Below, piece after piece: positions 10,700-21,994 of a stretch of DNA of 64,000 nt. The translations under genes were made by a program, and so were the position numbers. This stretch comes from Thermoanaerobaculia bacterium (GTDB taxonomy: Bacteria > Acidobacteriota > Thermoanaerobaculia > Multivoradales > Multivoraceae), in assembly GCA_963664405.1 (NCBI GenBank), contig OY761158.1, positions 5,600,001 to 5,664,000 on the forward strand, written 5' to 3'. How positions within the stretch are numbered: the first letter of the stretch is position 1; the number at the start of each line of letters is the position of its first letter. The notes beneath the pieces are model-generated. The model did no database searches. It was not told the origin of the DNA and saw only the letters and a program-made list of their open reading frames with translations.

Positions 10700-13320
10700 G
10701 CTGCTGTCTCGGCTGCCGCCGGAACAGACTCGACTTCGATCTTCCCGTTGCGGGCTTCGACCAGCAGCTTGGCGCCAGGCAGGAGTTCACCCGCGACGAT
10801 CGCCCGTCCGAGCTTGGTCTCCAGGGTGTGCTGGAGGTAGCGCTTCAGGGCGCGCGCGCCGTAGACCGGGTCGAAGCCCTCGCGGGCGATGAGCTCTCGA
10901 GCCCCCTCGGACATCTCGATCTCGAACTTGTGCTCGCGGAGTCGCTGGACGAGGTCCTCTGTGAGCAGCCCGACGATCTGCTTGATCTCCTCGAAGAGGA
11001 GCGGGCTGAACAGAACGACGTCGTCGATGCGGTTGAGGAACTCAGGACGGAAGTGCGATCCGAGCATTCCCATGACTTGCTCCTGCACTCGCTCAGGAAT
11101 GGTGCCGTCACCGCTCATACCCTCGATCAACGTGGTCGAGCCGATGTTGGAGGTCATGATGATGACCGTGTTCTTGAAGTCGACAGTGCGCCCTTGTGCG
11201 TCGGTGACTCGCCCGTCGTCGAGGATCTGCAGCAACACGTTGAAGACGTCAGGGTGCGCCTTTTCGATCTCGTCGAAGAGGATCACCGAATAGGGCTTAC
11301 GGCGAGTGGCTTCGGTGAGCTGTCCTCCTTCGTCGTAACCGACGTAGCCTGGCGGAGCGCCGATGAGTCGCGAGACCGCGTGGCGCTCCATGTACTCGCT
11401 CATGTCGATTCGGACGATGTTTTCCTCGCTATCGAAGAGGGCCTCGGCGAGCGTCTTCGCCAACTCGGTCTTGCCGACTCCGGTGGGACCGAGAAAGAGG
11501 AAAGAGCCGATCGGGCGCCTCGGGTCTTTGATCCCCGAGCGGGCACGAATAACAGCGTCGGCGACGAGCTGGATTGCCTCGTCCTGGCCGATGACGCGAC
11601 GGTGTAGGATCTCATCGAGGCGAAGGAGCTTCTCTCGCTCTCCCTCCACTAGTCGAGTCACTGGAACCCCGGTCCAGAGCGACACGATCTGGGCCACCTC
11701 GTCTTCGGTGACCTCCTCTCGCAACAGGCGCTGCGAGCTGTTCGCGTCGGCCTTTTCTTCGAGCTCAGAGAGCTGTACCTCGAGCTCGGGAAGGCGACCG
11801 TGGCGGAGTTGCGCGGCTTTGTTTAGGTCGTACTCGCGCTCGGCGAGCTCTACCTGACGACGGACTTCTTCCATCTCCTCCCGCACTTTGCGGACATCGT
11901 CGATGGCGTGCTTCTCGTTCTCCCATTGGGCTCTCATGGTGTCGCCCTTGGTTTTCCAGTCGGCGAGCTCTTTGTTCAGGATCTTGAGACGCTCTTTACT
12001 GGCCTTGTCCTTTTCTTTGACCAGTGAGGCGGCCTCGATCTCGAGGCGCATGACCCGGCGTGTGACCTCATCGAGCTCTGCCGGCATCGAATCGATCTCG
12101 GTTCGAACCATGGCACAGGCTTCGTCGACGAGGTCGATCGCCTTATCGGGAAGGAAGCGATCGGTGATGTAGCGGTGCGAGAGTACGGCGGATGCGACCA
12201 GTGCATTGTCCTGGATACGGACGCCATGGTGGACCTCATAGCGCTCCTTCAGACCACGAAGGATGGAGACCGTGTCTTCGACCGAAGGCGCGTCGACCAG
12301 CACCGGCTGGAATCGGCGCTCCAGGGCGGCGTCCTTTTCGATGTGTTTGCGGTGCTCATCGAGGGTGGTGGCGCCGATGCAGTGGAGCTCACCTCGAGCA
12401 AGCATCGGCTTGAGCAGATTGCCCGCGTCGGTCGACCCCTCGGTCTTGCCGGCGCCGACAATGTTGTGAACTTCGTCAATGAAGAGAAGGATTCGGCCCT
12501 CGCTCTCCTTGATCTCGCTGAGGACCGCCTTGAGCCGCTCCTCGAACTCGCCTCGGTACTTGGCGCCCGCGAGTAGAGATCCGATGTCGAGGGAGAACAC
12601 ACTGCGCTCTTTCATCCACTCGGGAACGTCCCCCCGGACAATTCGCTGCGCGAGGCCTTCGACGATCGCTGTCTTGCCGACGCCGGGCTCGCCAATGAGC
12701 ACCGGGTTGTTCTTGGTTTTTCTAGACAGGATGCGGATGACTCTGCGGATCTCGCTGTCGCGACCGATGATCGGATCCAACTTGCCCGCCCGTGCCTGCG
12801 CGACCAGGTCGATGCCGTACTTCTCCAGGGCCTCGTAAGCGACTTCGGGGTTGGCGCTGGTTACGCGCTGGTTTCCCCGCACTTCCTGGAGCGCAGCAAG
12901 AAAGCGTGGGCGATCGAGAGCCAGGTCGTGGAGGATCTTTCCCACCCCCGAAGAGGAGGGTAGGTCCAGCAGGGCGAGGAAGAGATGTTCTACCGAGACG
13001 TATTCGTCTTTCAGTCTCTTTGCCTCGTCCTCGGCCTGAACGAGGGTCTTCTGCGCCTCGGGCGAAACGTAGATCTTGCCTGCTTCGACCGCGCCACTGA
13101 CTTTAGGCTTGCTCTCGATGGCCGCGTTCGTCTGTTGTCGCACGCTCTCCACCGATGCTCCGAGCCTTTCGAGGAGCCGGGGTATGAGTCCGTCGTCCGG
13201 GTCGACAAGCGCCTTGAATAGGTGCTCGTTGTCGATCTGCTGCTGGCCGAGGCGTACTGCGATGCTCTGGGCTTCTTGGATAGCCTCTTGGGTCTTCTGG
13301 GTTGCTTTGTTCAGGTCCAT
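10696..13320 (-). CDS. clpB: ATP-dependent chaperone ClpB
   Basis: Two AAA modules GEPGVGKT and GPTGVGKT, coiled-coil middle domain, GAPPGYVGY. Confidence 0.97.
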   Translation of the reverse strand: MDLNKATQKTQEAIQEAQSIAVRLGQQQIDNEHLFKALVDPDDGLIPRLLERLGASVESVRQQTNAAIESKPKVSGAVEAGKIYVSPEAQKTLVQAEDEAKRLKDEYVSVEHLFLALLDLPSSSGVGKILHDLALDRPRFLAALQEVRGNQRVTSANPEVAYEALEKYGIDLVAQARAGKLDPIIGRDSEIRRVIRILSRKTKNNPVLIGEPGVGKTAIVEGLAQRIVRGDVPEWMKERSVFSLDIGSLLAGAKYRGEFEERLKAVLSEIKESEGRILLFIDEVHNIVGAGKTEGSTDAGNLLKPMLARGELHCIGATTLDEHRKHIEKDAALERRFQPVLVDAPSVEDTVSILRGLKERYEVHHGVRIQDNALVASAVLSHRYITDRFLPDKAIDLVDEACAMVRTEIDSMPAELDEVTRRVMRLEIEAASLVKEKDKASKERLKILNKELADWKTKGDTMRAQWENEKHAIDDVRKVREEMEEVRRQVELAEREYDLNKAAQLRHGRLPELEVQLSELEEKADANSSQRLLREEVTEDEVAQIVSLWTGVPVTRLVEGEREKLLRLDEILHRRVIGQDEAIQLVADAVIRARSGIKDPRRPIGSFLFLGPTGVGKTELAKTLAEALFDSEENIVRIDMSEYMERHAVSRLIGAPPGYVGYDEGGQLTEATRRKPYSVILFDEIEKAHPDVFNVLLQILDDGRVTDAQGRTVDFKNTVIIMTSNIGSTTLIEGMSGDGTIPERVQEQVMGMLGSHFRPEFLNRIDDVVLFSPLLFEEIKQIVGLLTEDLVQRLREHKFEIEMSEGARELIAREGFDPVYGARALKRYLQHTLETKLGRAIVAGELLPGAKLLVEARNGKIEVESVPAAAETAA

Positions 13321-13321
13321 T

Positions 13322-14263
13322 TTATTCTCCTTCCGTTGGGCTCACCTCTTCTTCGTCTGACAAGGAAGCCAGTCCCTGGTAGAGTTCTCGTTCGCTCTCC
13401 GTGGGGGACTCCGGCACCACGATTCGTACCTCGCCGTACAGGTCACCGCGCTCGTCTTTGCCGCGACCCAGACCTCTTCCACGGAGCCGGATCTTTCTCC
13501 CTGACGAGGATCCACCGGGGAGCTTGATGGTTGCGTCGCCCTCCAGAGTACGGACGCGAGCCTCACCGCCAAGAGCCGCGAGCCATGGAGGAATGTCGAT
13601 CGTGGTAACAAGGTTCGTTCCCTCTACCCTGAAGTGGGGATGGGGGACGAGCTCGATCTTCAAGAGTAGATCTCCTGGGGCGGCGCCCATCGATCCTGGG
13701 CTTCCCTTGCCGCTGAGTCGGATTCGCTGACCCGGTCGCGCGCCCGGTGGAAGCGATATCTCCAACCTCTGATGTTTGCCGGTCTCTCTATGTTGCAAGG
13801 TGATCTGGCGCTTTCCACCCGCGGTCAGTTCCTCGAGTGTCACCTTGATCGTGGACTCTAGGTCCGCGCCTCTCCTTGGCGTCGATTGCTGGTGGGGCGA
13901 CCATGTCTTGGCTCCGCCCCCACCGAATAGCATTTCGAAGAAGGAGCTGAATCCCGAGGGACCGGCGCCGAAGTCGAAGCCTTCGCCGGGCGCGAAATCG
14001 AAGCCTTCCCATCCCGGCGGTGGAGCTCCAGTCTGCTGGGCTGTCTTCCAAGCGCTTCCGAACTGGTCGTACTTGGCGCGCTTGTCCGCATTCTTGAGAA
14101 CCTCGTAGGCTTCGCCGATCTGTTTGAATTTACTTTCGGCAGAGGCGTCCTTGTTGATGTCCGGGTGATATTGGCGCGCCAACTTGCGGTAGGCCCGTTG
14201 AATGTCCGCTTCCGAAGCGCCCTTATCGACACCGAGAATCTCGTAGTAGTTGTGGTACGCCAA
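13322..14263 (-). CDS. cbpA: Class II J-domain co-chaperone (CbpA/DnaJ-like)
   Basis: YYEILGV...HPD J-domain, G/F-rich linker, DnaJ_C, no Zn finger; TTG start 14263 with GGAGG 7 nt upstream. Confidence 0.8.
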   Translation of the reverse strand: MAYHNYYEILGVDKGASEADIQRAYRKLARQYHPDINKDASAESKFKQIGEAYEVLKNADKRAKYDQFGSAWKTAQQTGAPPPGWEGFDFAPGEGFDFGAGPSGFSSFFEMLFGGGGAKTWSPHQQSTPRRGADLESTIKVTLEELTAGGKRQITLQHRETGKHQRLEISLPPGARPGQRIRLSGKGSPGSMGAAPGDLLLKIELVPHPHFRVEGTNLVTTIDIPPWLAALGGEARVRTLEGDATIKLPGGSSSGRKIRLRGRGLGRGKDERGDLYGEVRIVVPESPTESERELYQGLASLSDEEEVSPTEGE

Positions 14264-14563
14264 GAAAAGACCTCCGCCGCTAGTGCGCGGCCGCTGCGAC
14301 AATCGGTCAAGAATACGCGCCTTCCGGCTCGCCTCCCGCACAGCTCCACCGAGGAGCTACTGCCCGTCCAAACCCTCGGACGCGCCCCAGTCGCCGTGAT
14401 ATCTGCGTCACACGGGCTAATATAACCCGCCTTATGGGTTTAATCTTAGTCCATTGATGTCATATATTGCAACAGGCATTGCCGCAGCAAGATTCCCGGG
14501 TAGGTCCCCTTTTTTGTTCGCCGTCGGGCTGTCGGCGACGTCGGTTCGGTCGACGCCATAACG

Positions 14564-14597
14564 AAAAGGCGACCGATCCCGTGAGGATCGGTCGCCT
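14564..14597 (-). terminator. Intrinsic terminator after ferredoxin
   Basis: 13-bp stem AGGCGACCGATCC/GGATCGGTCGCCT, 5-nt loop, short T run on minus strand. Confidence 0.7.
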
Positions 14598-14622
14598 GAT
14601 GAGAGCTAGCTCTGGGGCCGTG

Positions 14623-14877
14623 CTAGGGAGCTTCGAGATCGAAATGCTCGTAGTTCTTGGCGATGTACGCGCTCCACTTGTCCGGCGTTTCTTCTAGAGT
14701 GAAGATCGCCTGCACAGGGCACGCGTCAATACACAGGCCGCAGTCGATGCACTCTTCCGGGTGGATGTAGAGCATCTCCCAGTCGTCGTCTTTTCCGTAA
14801 ATGCAATCTACCGGGCATACGTCGACACAGGCGGTATCTTTCACCCCGACGCAAGGCTCGGTAATGATATGAGTCAT
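14623..14877 (-). CDS. fdxA: 7Fe-type ferredoxin
   Basis: CVGVKDTACVDVCPVDCI and CIDCGLCIDACPV. Confidence 0.85.
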   Translation of the reverse strand: MTHIITEPCVGVKDTACVDVCPVDCIYGKDDDWEMLYIHPEECIDCGLCIDACPVQAIFTLEETPDKWSAYIAKNYEHFDLEAP

Positions 14878-14992
14878 CTGCTTCTCTCCTTCGAATGGCT
14901 TGTGTTTGTTGCGCGATTCCTTGGACGGGTAATTCTTACAATAATGAGGGCACTTTTCAACAACGGACTTGGTCTAGTTGCGTCCGTTCCCT

Positions 14993-16270
14993 CTAGGAGG
15001 CGAGGGCCCCGATGCTCTCGGCGAAGGCCGAAAGGGTCTTGTCGATCTCTTCGTCCCCATGTGCCGTCGAGACGAAGAGGGTTTCATAGGGAGACGGCGG
15101 AAGATGGACGCCTCTCGCCAACAGCAAGTGGAAGAGCTGAGTCCAGGTCGCGCGGTCCGAGCCTTCGACATCGGCTAGTGAACGAACCGGTGTGTCGGTC
15201 AGAAAGAGCGAAAGCATCGAGCCGCAGCGCTGAATCGTGCTGGGAAGGCCGGCCTGCTCGAAGAGTCTCTCGAGACCTGCCTCGAGAGTCGCCGCGTTGG
15301 ACTCGAGATCGTCGTAGGCGTTCCAGTCGTGAGCCGAAAGAAGTTCCAATGTTTTTCGGCCCGCGGCCACCGCCAGCGGATTCCCCGACAGGGTTCCCGC
15401 CTGGTAGACATCTCCCGCCGGCGCGATTCGATTCATCAACTCTCGAGGGCCGCAATAGGCGCCGATCGGCAGGCCGCCGCCGATCACCTTGGCGAGGCAG
15501 GTGATGTCCGGCCGAACTCCGAGAAGGGTCTGGGCGCCGCCCCAGGCGACCCGGAAGCCGGTCATCACCTCGTCGAAGATCAGCAAGGTGTCGTGCTGGT
15601 CGCACAGCCTCCTGAGCCCTTCGAGGAAGCCGGGTACCGGCGGAACGAGGCCCATGTTCCCGGCTACCGGCTCGACGATCACGGCGGCGATCTCGCCCGA
15701 GAAAGTGGCGAAGAGACTCTCGGCCTCTTGGAGATCGTTGTAAGGAGCTAGCAGGGTGTGCGCAGTCACCGAGTCGGGCACCCCGGGGGAGGACGGCACG
15801 CCGATGGTTGCGGCTCCCGAGCCAGCGGCCACCAAGAAGGGGTCCGCGTGACCGTGGTAACACCCCTCGAATTTGATCAACTTCTCGCGCTCGGTCACCG
15901 CCCTTGCCAGCCGGAGAGCCGACATCGCGGCCTCTGTCCCAGAGCTCACCAGGCGGACCATTTCCGCGGAGGGGATGGCGGAGGCGATGAGCTCCCCGAG
16001 CTCTACCTCGGCGATCGTCGGTGTACCGAAGCTCTGACCGAGAGGAGCGGCTTGGCGGATTGCCTCCACGACCTCGGGGTGACTGTGGCCCAGGATCATC
16101 GGACCGTAGCCGCCGATGTAGTCGAGATATCGGGTACCGTCTTGGGCGGTCAGCCAGGCGCCTTCGGCTTGACGGACGAAGACCGGCTCACCGCCGACAC
16201 CCCTGAAGGCTCGAACTGGTGAGTTGACTCCACCAGGTAGAACGAGGCTGGCGCGACCTATAAGGCTCAT
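14993..16270 (-). CDS. hemL: Glutamate-1-semialdehyde 2,1-aminomutase
   Basis: PGGVNSPVRAF, SGTEA, FEGCYHGH, FDEVMTGFR, AKVIGGGLP, QAGTLSGNP. Confidence 0.95.
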   Translation of the reverse strand: MSLIGRASLVLPGGVNSPVRAFRGVGGEPVFVRQAEGAWLTAQDGTRYLDYIGGYGPMILGHSHPEVVEAIRQAAPLGQSFGTPTIAEVELGELIASAIPSAEMVRLVSSGTEAAMSALRLARAVTEREKLIKFEGCYHGHADPFLVAAGSGAATIGVPSSPGVPDSVTAHTLLAPYNDLQEAESLFATFSGEIAAVIVEPVAGNMGLVPPVPGFLEGLRRLCDQHDTLLIFDEVMTGFRVAWGGAQTLLGVRPDITCLAKVIGGGLPIGAYCGPRELMNRIAPAGDVYQAGTLSGNPLAVAAGRKTLELLSAHDWNAYDDLESNAATLEAGLERLFEQAGLPSTIQRCGSMLSLFLTDTPVRSLADVEGSDRATWTQLFHLLLARGVHLPPSPYETLFVSTAHGDEEIDKTLSAFAESIGALAS

Positions 16271-16319
16271 CAAGGCTCGGTTTCGAGAGACGAGTGAAAG
16301 GAGCTCAGGCGACGCGATC

Positions 16320-18494
16320 TCAGTTGAGGACTCGCATCCGGGCCTTGGCGCGAGGAGAGATCGAAGGCCCGTCGGCGTGATAGAGCCGTCCGTTCACTAC
16401 CTCGGCCGCCTCGGAGAAGCTGGCGTCGGCGTTGCTGGAGTACTCACCGCCCGCTGCTGCCAGGGCCAAGCCTTGGAGATATTTGATCTGGCCCTTTCCG
16501 ATCGGAGAGGATGGCGGCGGATCGACCGACTGGAGAAATCGGATCGTGTTCTGCAGATCGCCCCCGCGGAGGAAGACCGCCGCCTGGTTCAGCCGGATCA
16601 CCCAAGGAGGTACGAGACTCTCTTCGTCGAGGCTGAGGCGCAGAAGTTCATACGCAGCGGCGGAGTAGAGCAGATCTGACTCCCTGGGGCCTACGATGAC
16701 GGGTGTCGTCTCATAGGCAAGCTGCACTTCACGCTCTCCTGAGGCGGAAAGCACGCGCAGCGGGACCGTTTTGCCGCTACGAACGTGGCTCTCGACCCGT
16801 GCTTGGAGCTCTTGGCGCAGGTGTTGTGAAGAGGTCAGTGCGACGCCGTCGATCTCCAGGATCTCGTCGCCGACGCGCAACTTGGCCGCCTGGGCGGGTC
16901 CCCCCTCGACAATCTGTACGACCAAGGGCGCCTGGGCCACTGGCGAGTCCACGATCGTCGCTCCCATGCTCGGTCGTTCGCTGATGATCGAGGAATCCAG
17001 CATCGCGGCCAAGGGGTCTGAGACTCCTTCTGAAAGCGCGATATCGACGACGTCTGGTTGCGTCGGCAGAGGAGCCTGTGGGAACAGAAATACGTGAGCT
17101 CTGTCGGCGAGCAGCTCGTCTGAGAGGACTGCCAGGACGTAGAGGGCCCCCTTGGCCCTTCGATCCGCTTCTTCCTGGATCTTTGCCCAGGGAATCGCCT
17201 GTCGACTTCCTGCCTGGGCGAAGGCACGGAGCTGTGGGGTCTCGACCCCGGCGGCGGAGAGAACTGCGTCACCAGCTTCCGATCGATCGATCAGGGCCCA
17301 GCGATCGAGCCCATCGAGCCTCTCACCCAGAAGGCTGCGGAGCCGCTCCGTGCTGGTTTCGTCGCCGCCGAGCACGCCGAGCAGGATCAGGGGTGGCCTC
17401 AGCCTGATCGGGAGCTCGACCCGGTCTTGATCCTCGATGTCGACGTCTGCCTCGAAGCGGCCAAGATCGGGGTGAGTGAGAGCCAACTGATACTCGCCGG
17501 GGGGGAGGATGAGGGCGGGCTCCCCGCTATCAAAGGACGGCGCTACCAGCTCGCCGTTGGCTCGAACGATGACACCGGCCGGTAGCCCGCGCAGGACAAT
17601 GGTTCCAGCCGTCGGCTCGAGCTCGATCGGCTCGGACATGTAGTAGTCCTGAAGCAGCTCGATATTCGCCTTTCGGCGAAAGTCGCGATAGCCCTCTTTG
17701 CGAGCGCTGAGCTCGTAGCTCCCCACTTGGAGATCATCCAGGATCATTCGAGCGGCATCAGAGGGGGCTCCGCCAGAGGGGACGGCGGTAGTGCCTTGGA
17801 GCACGTCGTTGACGTAGATCTCTGTTTCCTCGAGTGAGGTGAAGAGAGTGAGCACAGCGGCGGTACGCTCGAGGGCGACCTCGAGAATCGGGACTTCGTC
17901 GGTGACGGCTTCCGCTTCTTGCTCGACGGTGGAGTAGCCGGGGCGCTCTACGATGACGATGTGGGGGCCCAGTGGCAGCTGGAGGAGGCCGGTATCGTCC
18001 GCCGTCCAGCGCCCCACCGAGATTCGCGCGTCGGTCGGATTGGCTGCGACTTGGATCGAGCCGACCAGGACCGCCTTGGCGGCGTCGAAGAGTTCGGCGA
18101 ATTTGGACGACACGAGGCTGCGGTCCCAGGCGAAGGCCGGCTCGTTGGCGAGCAGCGTGTTCAGACTCTGTTCGACTCCTTCGGTGTCGCCTACGTTGAA
18201 GTCGACCTGGGCCCGAAGGAAGTGAGTGTTCGCCACCAAAGCATGGATCTCTTCCGGCGGGTCTTCGACGATGCTGTTCTCTTCGACCTTGGCCAGAAAG
18301 GCGTCAAAGAGGGCCCGGGAATCCGCCTGGTTGCGGGAATTGAAAACTTTCTCGGCTTCGACGTACTCGGGGATGATCTCTTCCCAGACATCGGGCTCCG
18401 GTAGGTCTTCCTCGACCAGCCGCTGGGCCCACCCGGCCGTTGCCAAGGTGACTAGCGGCACCGCGAGTGCGCAGATGAATCTTGTTGCTCGCAT
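16320..18494 (-). CDS. Secreted PEGA-repeat protein with PDZ domain
   Basis: Signal peptide; PEGA-like segments (VGSYELSARKEGY); PDZ GGPAQAAKLRVGDEILEIDG. Confidence 0.65.
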   Translation of the reverse strand: MRATRFICALAVPLVTLATAGWAQRLVEEDLPEPDVWEEIIPEYVEAEKVFNSRNQADSRALFDAFLAKVEENSIVEDPPEEIHALVANTHFLRAQVDFNVGDTEGVEQSLNTLLANEPAFAWDRSLVSSKFAELFDAAKAVLVGSIQVAANPTDARISVGRWTADDTGLLQLPLGPHIVIVERPGYSTVEQEAEAVTDEVPILEVALERTAAVLTLFTSLEETEIYVNDVLQGTTAVPSGGAPSDAARMILDDLQVGSYELSARKEGYRDFRRKANIELLQDYYMSEPIELEPTAGTIVLRGLPAGVIVRANGELVAPSFDSGEPALILPPGEYQLALTHPDLGRFEADVDIEDQDRVELPIRLRPPLILLGVLGGDETSTERLRSLLGERLDGLDRWALIDRSEAGDAVLSAAGVETPQLRAFAQAGSRQAIPWAKIQEEADRRAKGALYVLAVLSDELLADRAHVFLFPQAPLPTQPDVVDIALSEGVSDPLAAMLDSSIISERPSMGATIVDSPVAQAPLVVQIVEGGPAQAAKLRVGDEILEIDGVALTSSQHLRQELQARVESHVRSGKTVPLRVLSASGEREVQLAYETTPVIVGPRESDLLYSAAAYELLRLSLDEESLVPPWVIRLNQAAVFLRGGDLQNTIRFLQSVDPPPSSPIGKGQIKYLQGLALAAAGGEYSSNADASFSEAAEVVNGRLYHADGPSISPRAKARMRVLN

Positions 18495-18506
18495 CTTGAA
18501 AAGAGG

Positions 18507-19985
18507 CTACTCCAACACAATCACTTGGGCCAAGCGGGAGTCGACGATATATAGGCGACCCTGGCCGTCAACACTAATGTCTTCCGGGTCTCGCAGCTCG
18601 ATCCCTCCGACGTTGGGGCCGATCGAGGCAATTTTGTTGCCTGCCCGATCGCGCACCTCGACCGTTTTTTGGGCTTGGTCGAGGATATAGACGTTGCCAC
18701 CGACGTCGACGGCGAGCGCCTTGGGCCGGCGTCCTATGCTGGAAATGCGGCGAACGGTCTCGCCGCCAGCTCCCAGTACCGTGACCTCTTCCTTCTTGCG
18801 GTCGAGGAGCAAGACCTCGCTTGCATCTCCGGCCGTGATGTCGACGATATCGCCACCGGCCGCCGACAGCGTCCTCGAGGCTTGGTGGCGGTCGAAGCCC
18901 CAGAGGACCTTCTTGTCCAGAACGAACCATTCGTTGAAGGCTCCTCTTTGGGCCGAGACGATCCCTTGCAGGGCAGCGCTGCCGGTGAACGACTGGCGCT
19001 CGGAGGCCCCGATCGACACCACTCCGCTCTCGGTTGCCACAAAGCCGACGCCGTCGTAGCTCCAGGCCACATCCTTGGCCCGGGGTTGGGCAGCGCGTTC
19101 GAGCAGCTCACCGTCGCTGGACACCAAGAGGACTTCGCCGAGGCCACCGTCGTGGATCAAGATGCGTCCATCGCGGCTGACATCGACGTGTAGCGGGCGC
19201 TTCAGAGTCAAGCCGGAAACCGAGATTGCTCGCGCCCGGGCCCATCGGTCCTGGCCCAGAGCGGGTCGAAGCCAGTGGCGATGGATGAAGCCCAGATCGG
19301 TGCTCGCATTCTGGCGGAGGCCCTCTTCCATGGCCTCTTGATTCAGGACCTCCTGGAGGCTCTCCGCTGCCGGCGCCCAGTCGCCACCACGAAACAGACT
19401 GTGGGCGAATCCGTAGAGGGCGCGAGGCAGCCATGAAGACGGGCTCTCGTCTTCGATGGCTTCCAGGAAGGCGAGGGCGGCGAGGTCGGATTGGCCGAGC
19501 AGCAGCAGAGCTTCCCCACTTCTGACCCGAGCTTCGACACGTGCCTCGAGCGTTGGATACTCGACAGGGCCAAAGAGCACGGGGACCCTTCGGAGCGGTG
19601 TTCTTGCGGCCTCGAGCTCCTCCGGGTTCGCGGCTGTCTCGATCTGGAATTGGCCCTGCTTTACCCACGCCGCCGCCGCGTTCGGCGAGTCCGGATAGTC
19701 TTGGGTGAGCTTATCGAGGAGCTTACGGGCGCGGTCTCCTTCCCCGCCCTGCCAGTATGCATCGGACAGAAGGAGGAGCGCGGTCTCAGCCTGAAGGGTG
19801 TCTGGGTAGCGCTCCACCAGCAGCTCATAGGCTTGGCGAGCCTCTTCGGGTTTGCCTTCTCGCTCTTGGCGCTGGGCGTCCACGAAGAGCCGCTCCGCGG
19901 CCCCGTCCTGCTGGGCCGGAAGGGCCGGGCACAGAAAGAGGGCGCACCCCAAGGCCCACGGCGCAAAGCGTCTGAGGAGGCTCAT
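18507..19985 (-). CDS. Secreted TPR (BamD/YbgF-like) plus NHL-repeat protein
   Basis: Signal peptide; YELLVERYPDT TPR; RDPEDISVDGQGRLYIVDS NHL repeats. Confidence 0.65.
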   Translation of the reverse strand: MSLLRRFAPWALGCALFLCPALPAQQDGAAERLFVDAQRQEREGKPEEARQAYELLVERYPDTLQAETALLLLSDAYWQGGEGDRARKLLDKLTQDYPDSPNAAAAWVKQGQFQIETAANPEELEAARTPLRRVPVLFGPVEYPTLEARVEARVRSGEALLLLGQSDLAALAFLEAIEDESPSSWLPRALYGFAHSLFRGGDWAPAAESLQEVLNQEAMEEGLRQNASTDLGFIHRHWLRPALGQDRWARARAISVSGLTLKRPLHVDVSRDGRILIHDGGLGEVLLVSSDGELLERAAQPRAKDVAWSYDGVGFVATESGVVSIGASERQSFTGSAALQGIVSAQRGAFNEWFVLDKKVLWGFDRHQASRTLSAAGGDIVDITAGDASEVLLLDRKKEEVTVLGAGGETVRRISSIGRRPKALAVDVGGNVYILDQAQKTVEVRDRAGNKIASIGPNVGGIELRDPEDISVDGQGRLYIVDSRLAQVIVLE

Positions 19986-21934
19986 CGAGAGTCGAGGAAC
20001 CCAAAGATCTCTGTGGTGCCGGCGCTGATGGTTTCGGTAGACGTCCTCGACTCACTGAGTGCCGGCCACTCGTAGCGGAACTGGTAGACGCCCGGAACCA
20101 GAGTCTGATTGAAGGGCGTTTCGTCGATCAGCCGATCGTTGATGTAGACGTTGCAATTTCCCGGCTGGGCGGCGACTCGAAACTGGACGGGCTCGGGCAC
20201 CCTAAGCTCGGCGCGGCCGTTGGAACCGACTTCGACCAGGACCCTCTCGTTCAGGAAGAGCTTGTCCGAGCTGAGTGTCACCTCGTAGGAGTCGGGCTTC
20301 AGGGCGATGTTGTGGCTCTGCTTCGGACCATAGGATCGGCCGCCGACTTCGATCTTTACCGGGAACGATGCCTCGGCGATCAGATGTCCAGGAGGGATGA
20401 CCGCTCGCAGCGGAAAGAAGAAGCGCTCACTGTCGATGACCTCTTGCTCGAGGCCGTCGGGAAAAGCAAAGCCGAGGCTCTCCGCATGGTACTGATCGAG
20501 CTCGACCCGAATCTGGTACTCGAGCCCTGAAGTGAGTGCGATCTCGACCGGTGTCGAGTCGGCCAACAGCTCATCGTTGAGGAAGACCTTGGCGCCTTCC
20601 GGACGAGTGGCCACGGTGAAGGTCTGGGTCGGTAGCGCGCTCTCGACGGCGGTCCACTCTTGCGCCATCGCCGGGTCGATGATGAGGGTCGTGGAAGCAA
20701 CAACGTGACCTTGACGTCGCAGCTCGAGAAGGACTTCCTCGCCTTCGTTCCCCTTGAGAGTGAGCTCGGCGGGCACAAAGAGGCCGGTACTCGCACCACT
20801 TCGCCAGATCTCCGCGCCGCCCTGATCGCCTTGGACGACCAAAGTCCTGGTGAGCGTGCGTGGCCCGCCGCCACCGGTGACTCCCGTGATCAGGCCTCCG
20901 AGCTTTTCGCTGCCGCCGCCGACGAAGAGGAAAGCAGCTACGGCAATGGCAACCGCGGCGGCCGCCAGCCACAGCCAGATCTTGTGGCCGTTCTTGGCAG
21001 ACCCCCTCTTCCTGCGCACGCGCTGGTGGCGCATCTGCAGCGTGCTCTCGGGCTGGTCGAAGGCAAGGTCGAGCTCTTGCGCCGCAACACCCAGAGCGTC
21101 GCGTACCGCGCTTGCCAGATCTGCGCAGCGTGGGTAGCGAGTTTCCGGCTTCTTTTCGAGCGCTCGAAGCAGCACCTTGTCGATTTGGGGCGGTAGAGAG
21201 GTGCGCTTCTCGTGAGGCCCGACAGGTGTCTCGTGGACGATCTTGTAGAGGATGGTGGTGGGGTTCTCGCCGGTGAAAGGTAGCTCGCCGGTGAGCATCT
21301 GATAGAGAATTATCGCAACCGAGAACTGATCGGAGGCTCCTGATACCTGCTGGCCAGTTACTTGCTCCGGGGACATGTACGACGGCGTCCCGACCACCGT
21401 GCCAGTGCGGGTGAGATTGGTTGAGGTCAGCTTGGCGACCCCGAAGTCGGTTACTTTGGGCTCCTGGTTGCGGTCGATCAGGATGTTGGCGGGTTTGATG
21501 TCGCGATGCACGACGCCATGGTCGTGTGCGAAGTCGAGCGCGGCGCAGATCTTGATGCCGAAATCCGCGATCTCCTTGAAGGAGAGCACCTTGTCCGACT
21601 TCATGATGTCCGCCAGATCTTCGCCCGGCAGAAACTCCATCGCGAAGAAGGGGTCGCCACCCTCCTTGCCGACATCGAAAACAGTGACGATGTTCGGGTG
21701 ATTTAGCGTTCCCGCGGATTGGAACTCGCGCTCGAAGCGAGTCTGGAGCTCCGCCACCTCCTCTTCAGCGAGGCCGGGATCGCTCTTGACGACCTTGATC
21801 GCCACCTGTCGGCCGATGACCGGGTCCTCGGCGAGATACACCATTCCCATTCCGCCTCGGCCCAGGGGTCTAATGACCCGGAACCGACCGAAGCTTTCTG
21901 GGTGGTTCCCTCCTCCGCCCGCTTCTGTCGCCAT
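19982..21934 (-). CDS. Hanks-type Ser/Thr protein kinase with TM and PEGA domains
   Basis: LGRGGMG, VAIK, HRDIKPAN, DFG, GTPSYMSPEQ; TM helix; PEGA-like C-terminus. Confidence 0.9.
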   Translation of the reverse strand: MATEAGGGGNHPESFGRFRVIRPLGRGGMGMVYLAEDPVIGRQVAIKVVKSDPGLAEEEVAELQTRFEREFQSAGTLNHPNIVTVFDVGKEGGDPFFAMEFLPGEDLADIMKSDKVLSFKEIADFGIKICAALDFAHDHGVVHRDIKPANILIDRNQEPKVTDFGVAKLTSTNLTRTGTVVGTPSYMSPEQVTGQQVSGASDQFSVAIILYQMLTGELPFTGENPTTILYKIVHETPVGPHEKRTSLPPQIDKVLLRALEKKPETRYPRCADLASAVRDALGVAAQELDLAFDQPESTLQMRHQRVRRKRGSAKNGHKIWLWLAAAAVAIAVAAFLFVGGGSEKLGGLITGVTGGGGPRTLTRTLVVQGDQGGAEIWRSGASTGLFVPAELTLKGNEGEEVLLELRRQGHVVASTTLIIDPAMAQEWTAVESALPTQTFTVATRPEGAKVFLNDELLADSTPVEIALTSGLEYQIRVELDQYHAESLGFAFPDGLEQEVIDSERFFFPLRAVIPPGHLIAEASFPVKIEVGGRSYGPKQSHNIALKPDSYEVTLSSDKLFLNERVLVEVGSNGRAELRVPEPVQFRVAAQPGNCNVYINDRLIDETPFNQTLVPGVYQFRYEWPALSESRTSTETISAGTTEIFGFLDSR

Positions 21935-21994
21935 GCAGCGCCTATGATACGGGTCGTGGCCTGCCGGCTCAAGCGGTTTCTGCTTGTCCCGGTC

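Noticed and set aside
10684-12576. Long antisense ORFs opposite clpB (similar ones opposite recA, mdh, ligA, glnA)
   Set aside because: Typical stop-poor shadow frames of high-GC coding DNA with no independent motifs
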